A stretch of DNA of 64,000 nucleotides from Veleropilina oligotropha (taxonomy: Eukaryota), in contig JBEUKZ010000131.1 of NCBI GenBank assembly GCA_048128005.1, positions 62,001 through 126,000 on the forward strand. Reading direction: 5' to 3'. This document shows, piece after piece, positions 52,101 to 61,100 of the stretch. Every line of letters starts with the position of its first letter. Positions within the stretch are counted from its first letter, which is position 1. Below the pieces are notes generated by a model. That model made no database searches. It had not been told where the DNA came from and saw only the letters and a program-made list of their open reading frames with translations. A program made the translations under genes and the position numbers.

Positions 52101-55100
52101 ATAACCACAAAATATTGTGTATACAATCCATGTTTATGGAAGGAAAAATACATTACGCAAATTATTCTTTGCAAATAAATTTATTACCAGAACATATATT
52201 TATAATAAAGAACCATTTTAAATACAAGTAATAATTATCATCTTTGGGTTCCGGCGGAAAGCAATTTCCGAAATTTACCAAATGCTTAAAACGGTTAAAC
52301 GCATAATCCAGATAAATAATTGGGACAATCTTGCTATGCAAATAAGTGGAATCCACTGTAGAAGTGATGGCGAACACGAGTAGTACCTGCTCTGAATGGG
52401 AGTAGAGATGTTGAAACAAGTAGTATTGTCAAACACGAGTAGTGATAGACAACTTTATGCCAAACGCGAGTAGTGATGAAAATGTGTTTACCTTAATCGA
52501 ATAGCTGCATCAGGATTCTTTTTTATTTGATTCTCATAGATATCTGTTTGTTACCATATGAAAATATTCCTTAATTTCTGGAAAATGTTTTTCTTTCGCA
52601 GTTAACTTCTATCTTTTATGTGCATATATTCCAGATTACAAACAACGACACTATATGTTACAAAAAACTAATAATAAAAATAATGTTTATTTACCAACTT
52701 GAAGTTCATCGTTCATGTGTATCACATCATGGTTTGTTATTGCAGCCATGAGTGAGGTCAGTGACTCCGCTGCTGAGATGATGTCACCAAAGTTCAGCCA
52801 GTTGCTGCGAGACACCTCCGTCGGTGCCGGACAGCGAGTCTGCCTGCAGTGTCGTGTCACTGGCTACCCGAAAGCCGAGGTCCAGTGGTACAGGGACGGT
52901 CGGCCACTGAACAACACGCCCGACTTCCAGGTAATTTTTATGTTGCAACCTGACAATTCCTATATTTTCAAAATTCCGAAGGCTCATGTGATCATGCGAT
53001 GTGATGTGATGTGATAGGTGTTTATTATGTTTATTGTATCCCCCGAAACGAAAGTATCGGGGGATACTATGGTTTAGCGTTCGTTACGCCGCATCCGCCA
53101 AGAGATTCCTCGTGATCGCTCTAGGCAGGCCGTTTCTTAATGGAATGTTTCCAAATTTGGTATGTGCATTGGTTTGGGCGAGGACACGACAACTATAGAT
53201 TTTGGGTGTGGTCCGCCCTCCAAGATGGCCGCTGTGGCCTCCATATTGGATTTTAAGCAGAATTCCTTGTAATCGCTCTAGACAGGCCATTTCTTAACGG
53301 AATGTTTTCAAATTTGGTATGTGCATTGGTTAGGGCGAGGACACGACACCTATATATTTTGGGTCACGTGACCCTAATGTTTTGGCGGCCATCTTGAATT
53401 TCATTAGAAAACTATTTTTTTTTATAAATTTGTTAATATTTAACCTAGCGGGACATGATTTATATATGCAGATACCAGAGGTAGTTGTCTAAAATGTCAT
53501 GGAAGTGGATTTTTTAGTTTTAAATTTAACCGGCAGCCATTTTGGATTTAAATTTTAAGGGTCTTTAAAATGGCTATATCTTGAAAATGATGCAAAATAT
53601 CTACACACATGGTCACTATGGGAAATCATGGTTTGGCTTTCAAATGGCACCATGACCTTTGACCTCAGATGACCTACATTGCTCTAAATGACCTAATAAA
53701 GGAAAAATGGATATATGTGTGCCTATAGTGGATAAAGTGAACTCCTATTGACATTTACCAATTATGCCAGATAAAATTGAAAAGCTGGAAGTGCCTCGGT
53801 GGCCATTAAAGCATTTGTTTCAAGTGGCAATATATAAAAAATGATGCACCGTGGACACATAGTTACTATGGGGAGCCTATGGGAAGTCATGGTTGATCTT
53901 TCACATGTGACCTTGGCCTCGGACCTCAGTTGACCTACATTGCAGGAAATGACCTAATTAAGGAAAAAGACGTTTGCCAGAAAATGGTCAGGAAATTGCC
54001 AACTTGGTTAATATTGATGCTAGAGCTTAGATATTTTAAATTAGGAAAATAAGAAAAAACGAACAAAATGGCTATAGATTTTGGGTGTGGTCCGGCCTCC
54101 AAGATGGCCGCTGTGGCCTCCATCTTGGATTTTTAAGCATAATTCCTTGTGATCGCTCTAGACAGGTCATTACCGGGGGATACATATGCGGTCACTCATG
54201 ACTGAGCATCTAGTTTGTGCTGTATTGCAAAGTCATTTCCCTATTTCTGCTTGAATGCAGGTACTCAGCATTAAATGTTTAGATTTTTTTTTGTGAAAGT
54301 AGCTCAAACTGATTTTACAACATTTTTTCCCAAAATTGGAAGTTTTGTACAATTTGTACTGTATGTGAATTATAAAAATATTGTAGATATATTTATTAAT
54401 AGCTATATTTTAATCAGTACACACTCGCTACAAATCAGCAATGCGTGAGTGAAGACGCGTACTAATTAAAATGAGGCACAAGAATACTATGAATCCTAAC
54501 TTTTGCTTCTTTTTGATTTGATTTCTTTTTTCATTGATCGTTTTCATTAATTTTTAGTATTTATGAATTATCTTTATACAGATATTTGCTCAGGGTGATC
54601 TCCATTCTTTGACAATCCCAGAAGCATTTGAAGAAGATAGCGGTAACTACATGCTTCGAGCCGCCAACATCGGTGGCGAAGCCAAATGTTACAGCAAATT
54701 GTCTGTCAAGACTCCCTTTGAGCAGATAACCACCCTACGTCGAACCGTGAAGACAACCACCATTACACGAACAGAGGAACTTCACCACAAACCGCCAGAA
54801 TTCTCAAAACTCTTCCAAGACCAACGCGTGAAAACTGGACAACCAGTGACGTTTGAGTGCACAATAATATGCCACCCAAAGCCAAAGGTTAGCAAAATTA
54901 CTGGAATTGAGCTTACACTCAATATACAGGGTCATTTGGGATTTGGCGCAAAGGGGTGGAAATTGAGTTGTGTTTTGAAAATAAAGGTTCATGATTAGTG
55001 TTGTTAAAATTCAAGGGAGTTTACGATTTTGTACATGTATTAGAACTTAGTGTTCATAACATTTTTTATGTATATATTATTAATTTTATTGATAATCAAT

Positions 55101-58100
55101 TGTGGCTACAAGTTTTATCAAATAAAATATTATCTGACAATACTGATTTTCATTTTACTCTGAAAATTATTTCTCGTCTAGACAACCAGATACAATTTGG
55201 TACAAAATCTGACTATTATTTTAATACGTTGCCTTGACCACAGGTGACCTGGCTGCATAACGGTGAGCCTGTGACGTCGCAGGACCATCAGATCAAGGAG
55301 GACAGCGAGCGGCACTCGCTCCACATCCCAGAAGTGTTTGATGAGGATGCTGGTCGATTCATCATCCATGCCGAGAACTCTGCTGGAAAAGCCACATGCT
55401 CCGCCATACTGATGGTGGATTCGGCTCCCGGACCTGTCAAGTCACGGACATTCGAATCAGAAATGCAAGTTTTATGAAAGATTTAGTTGCGATAACATTC
55501 ATACGTGCTTGTATATGATTTTATTGTGGCTCCCAATTCACTTTCCTGACTGATGTGGTGTACAGGTACAGAAGTGAGTTGAAATCTGTGAACTGGTGTT
55601 TTTGTCACAGTTGTCAAGAACTTGTCGGTGCTTGATTCCCTTCAAGCAACAGGGGATTTCTCGCCTGATAATAGGGACATGTCCTGGTTTAATAATCCCT
55701 AATCAAGCATCACGGTAAGAAATCAAGGTAAAATGAAGATAAAATCAAGATAAATACGTTGTCGAACAACGTCTTGGTAAATACGTTGGATTGAATACCT
55801 CATAACGTTAAACCACTTGGCGCTAGCGCCTCGTGGTTTAACTTTATTCGGTATTCAATCCACCGTATTCACTGCGACGTCGTCAGACAACTTATAATAT
55901 ATTTTGCTGGTCTTTCCAACAACTAATATAAAGATGTTGTATTGTCAATTTTTCTTTTTCTTCCTTCAGCACACGCACAACGACTCAAACAGAGACCCGC
56001 CTCAGCCGCATGATCGCGTCCTTGCAGGATCAGGCCTCCGAGCACCACAGCACGACCATGACCACACAGGTGTCACAGAAGTTTGATGTCCCTCCGCCGC
56101 CCGTACCAGTACAGCAACAGTTTTCGACATCTGTTGTCAAGGACGTTGGACCTCGCTATCAGCAAGTCGACTTGACCATCGAAGTCCCCATCCCACCAAA
56201 ATTCCTCCAGTCTTTGAAGAATATTGCTTCAATGGAAGGAACCAAGGTTACCTTCGAAGGAGTTGTTACTGGTATGCGGCCATCACAATTAATCATCTAT
56301 AATGTAGCATGCATAATTGGTATATGAACTAAAGCTTTGGTGTATTTTGCAAAATCAAATCAATTTCATTGTAATTTGCATAGAATGGACAATCATGCGC
56401 TACCTACTGCCACAATCTAGCAATATTTATCGCTTTTGTGTTTGATTACAGGCAAACCAGAGCCTAGCATCAAATGGTACCGGGAGGGCAAGGCCATCTC
56501 AGATCAGGCCGATTTCGAGATCTCTTACAAGGCTGGCCGGGTGACCATGATCATCCCAGAGGTGAAGGGAGAGAACGCCGGCCAATACACATGCCTCGCC
56601 AAGAACGTGGCAGGTAGTGCTGCCAGCGCCGCCGACCTGATCGTCAAAGGTGAGTCTCGTGTGTGGACAGAGTTGTTGATGAGGGTCCCATTTCACTGTC
56701 TGTTTGTAACTACGAGTGACTAACAAGTCGATAAGAAAGGAAAGGAAAGGATCTATACGTATATTTACAACCATTTGGTTGGTTGGTTGGAAACATTGTT
56801 TTATGACCACTTGGGTAAATTCAGCCTTAACGCAGTCGGGACGCCCAGTTTAAGGTCTCACTCGGTGATATGTCATCTATTATTTTAAGCGTTAGAATAA
56901 ATGCCGGCTGGCCTCGAATCCCGGCCCTCCTGGCTGTCTCGGTTGAGTGTTTGACGTGCTATCCACTCACCCGTCGAGGGTATTACAACCATCAGGTATA
57001 CATACAGATTGCTCAGTATCTTGATAAAGAAACCTATCCTAAGTTATTTTCGTCTTGTTACGAGTCATCCATACGCTATTTTATCGACTTGCAAATCACT
57101 CATAGTTACGAAAAGTTAGTGAAGCTGGACCCTGATTGTTACAAGTGATCGTCCAATGCCCGTATTTCGTGGTGAAGGATCTCCACATGTTCCCATCAGA
57201 TATTATGACTTGGCAGCTTTATGAATGTGAGTGGAGACCATCGTTACTGATGTGGCTTTTGTTGCATTTTCAGCATCCATGATACCACCATCATTCACAG
57301 ATAAGCTGCAGAGGAGGCACGCTCGCGAGGGTGAAGCCATCAAGCTGACTGTGAAGGTGGCAGGCAATCCGCCGCCCAATGTCACGTGGTACCGCGAGGG
57401 CTCGCAAATCATCAGCTCGCCCGATTTCGAGATTATCCAAGAAGGAGACATACATTCGTTATACATTCCTGAAGTTTTCTACGAAGATTCCGGCAAGTTT
57501 TTGGTGAAAGCCGTAAATCCTGCCGGCGAATCAAAATGCATGGCGCATCTGATTGTAGACAGTAAGTTGAGACCTATATTTTAGTTCAATCTGTCGGTAT
57601 CAATGCACGTCAACCTCTGACATTATTTACCATTAGTGTGTGGCTCCCATATATATATATTTATATATATCTATACTATAATCGTGGAGAGTTTGTCTGT
57701 GTGTGTGTGTGTCTCCTATAGGCTCCCAAATGGCTGGACCGATCTCCACCAAATTTGGCATGTGAACTAAGGGTACCAAGGAGGTGGATATGGCGCTTTC
57801 AAATGTTTTTTTTGGGGGGGCGGGGGTGGTTTTTTTTTGGGGGGGGGGAATTTTCATAACAGTTATAACGTTACAAACGGCTGGACCGATCTCCACCAAA
57901 TTTGGCATGTGAACTAAGGGTACCAAGGCGGAGGTTATGGCGCTTTCAAATTTTTTTTTTGGGGAGGGGAATTTTCATATTTTCATAGTTAGCACTCAGT
58001 GCAGATCTTTCGTGGAATGTTAGAGGCGTTCAAGATAAGAAATTAGGTTATTGATGAGGTGGGGAGACTCACCCGTCGAAGACGGGTACCCTGGCTAGTA

Positions 58101-61100
58101 TATATATATATATACAGGGCACGAAATGTTTGTTTGCTGGCGCCTGTCACATGTGACAGGTACATATTTTTCTTACCTGTCTCAAACATTTTCTACCTGT
58201 ACACTACCTATTTAGTTAGAGAAATAAAGTTTGTATAACTATAAGTTTAGTATTATTATGTTGTGTTTTTTGTTCTCGTCGAACACCTCACTCACTGGAT
58301 ATTGGGACAGTAAAAGTATCTGATAATTTAAACAATTTATATAACCAGCTTAACATGCATTATGTAATTAAATAATTGATTTGATGTTTAACGACCATGC
58401 CAAATATATTTCAGTCATAATTGGATTGACCGACTTGAAAGGCTAAAATAACTAGATATATTAAAAACACTAATCACATTTTAACAGTTGAGACATACAG
58501 TTAGATCAATATAAAAATAGCAGATTTGCAAATTTAAGAAGTAAAAGGGTTAAAGTTTATAAAATATATTAGCTTCTTGTAAAAATGACATTCATTTAAA
58601 ATTACTAAATAGTTCTTGAAGTGAGAAAGCCCTAAAATATATTTGGAGCAATGAGTCTAAATTGATCAAGTTGACAATATTACATAAATAATAATAAAGA
58701 TGTATTCCTTTAAATCTTAATGAGCATCCACAAGCATGCATCCCTCGCGATAGCCTTTCCCCTATATCAATGCAGATATAGTATACACTTGCCTTATTAT
58801 TTGTCAGACATAACAAGTGAAGCTTTTCATATATTTTTATTTCGTTACCAATATGATTAATAATGAAAATGCATTAATGATGTCAGTAGGTCAGGTCAGT
58901 CCACTGTAAAAATCTTATAGTTGTTTATTATTTCTATTTTGTGCACACTCTTACGGTTTCTGGTATTTTGTTTATCGAGCGAAGTGTCAACCGCAATGAA
59001 CAAAAAAAAATCGACCATGACAAGAAGGTGTTGTCAGCTGTCACTTGCGATGCTTATCGGCAAGTCTGGTAAATAAGCGCACGGACGTGTTGTGGACAGA
59101 ATATTTTACTTATCAAGCTGTTTGTCATGAATAAACATTAAAAATGAGTAGACATAGACACGTGTCTGAAAACAAGTTCTATATATGGACGACTATATTT
59201 TATTTCAAGTATCTATGTCACCTGTTGCATGCGACAGGTAGATTTTGATTTCACCTGTCGCCCGTACATTTTACCTGTCGACGACAGTTGGACAGGCGTA
59301 CATTTTGAGCACATATATATATATATATATATATATATCCGGACTGTTATGGAAATACTCTTCACAGGAGGATACACATTTCAAAGTGAACAAACTTTTA
59401 CTCAAGATGTTACAGTATTATTTTGCTCAATATCTCTAAAAAACAGCACTGTAAAGTTGGTGATTTTTAATTGGTAAATATAATAGGTAAGAAAAATAAT
59501 GCTTTTAACAAAAGAAACTTTCTGTTGTTAAGATAATGTTATCAAATACTACAATTATATAATGCTGTTCAAATTTTTGCTTTTATTTTGCCATTTGTTA
59601 CGAAGTGACATTAGTGTATTGAATATGTTTGCAGCAGAATATTTTTACTACATATAAAATATATTATTATGAAGATTACCTAAAAAGTTTCCTTATGAAT
59701 ACTTATTTTGTCATTTTTCTTCTGTAGAACCAGTCCCAGCCTCCCCTGTTATTGATCAAGAGCGTCCACCTCCTTTGCCGGCCTCCAAACCTCCGGAGAA
59801 ACCGCGAGCAGAGCCCACCATTATACCATCACTGAAACGACCAGCTGACAAGCCAAGGAAGCCCACCTCGCCTCCTATGCAAGTGGAACCCAACCAAAGG
59901 TTCATGGAGAAAATACAACTGGAATTCGATGCTGAACAGGAGTTGCCTCCCTTCGAGAAACGCCTTCACTTGTTCAATGAAGAACCCACACAGGCCACAT
60001 CGCCGCAGCCAGTCATGGAGTCACCGATTCAGATGACGATCAAAGAGCCACCGCCTCAGAGTGCAGTGATCATCCCTGATAAAGAGAAGCCAACATTCAG
60101 GAAGGTATGAATCCTTAGACATACTCAGATATTTTATTTTTGAATACAACTGGTTTCCATTACATTATGTGAAATCATTTCTTAAATGTTAATGTATTGG
60201 CAGGGTTTATTGTCATATAAATGAATTAAAGTAATGGACAATGTCACATTTTCATTTGCGATCTATGTAGTTTTAGCATAGAATACACAATCATTCAATA
60301 TTTATAACAAAACAGTATTATATTAGGCTGATGAAATCACGTGATCTCTTTGATGCCATTAATGCCCTGTAAAATGATTATTAGGAGAAATTTGGAATGT
60401 ATTGCCAAATCCCATGTTTCATTTCAGCCTATTCAGAGTGTTATGGCCAAAGAAGGTGAGAAGGTGACGTTTGAGTGCCAGATTGCTGGGTACCCAGAAC
60501 CGATTATTCAGTGGTATCGTGAAGGCATTGTGATTCAGCACTCGCCTGACTACCAGACATCGACCTTCAATGGGGTGTATATGCTGACGATACAGGAAGT
60601 GTTCTCAGAGGATGCTGGGAAATTCCAGTGTACCGCCACAAACAACAGCGGTACAATCACGACTGATGCATACCTGAAGGTTGAAGCTAAGAAACCACCT
60701 CCAAAGCCGGTGTATGCACCTGTTATACCAGCTCAGGAAGCAAAGAAAACAACCCCAAAACTGGTGTATGAACCTGTTATACCAGCTCAGGAATCAAAGA
60801 AAGCAACCCCAAAACCAGTGTATGAACCTGTTATACCAGCTCAAGAAGCAAAGAAGGCAACCCCAAAACCGGTGTATGAACCTGTTATACCAGTTCAGGA
60901 AGCAAAGAAGGCAACCCCAAAACTAGTGTATGAATCTGTTATACCAGCTCAGGAATCAAAGAAGGCAACCCCAAAACCGGTGTATGAATCTGTTATACCA
61001 GCTCAGGAATCAAAGAAGGCAACCCCAAAACCGGTGTATGAATTTGTTATACCAGCTCAGGAAGCAAAGAAGGCAACCCCAAAACCAGTGTCAGAACCTG

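Noticed and set aside
56775..56990. Possible minus-strand SINE with (GGTT)n tail
   Set aside because: A/B-box similarity is too weak and there is no second copy in the window.
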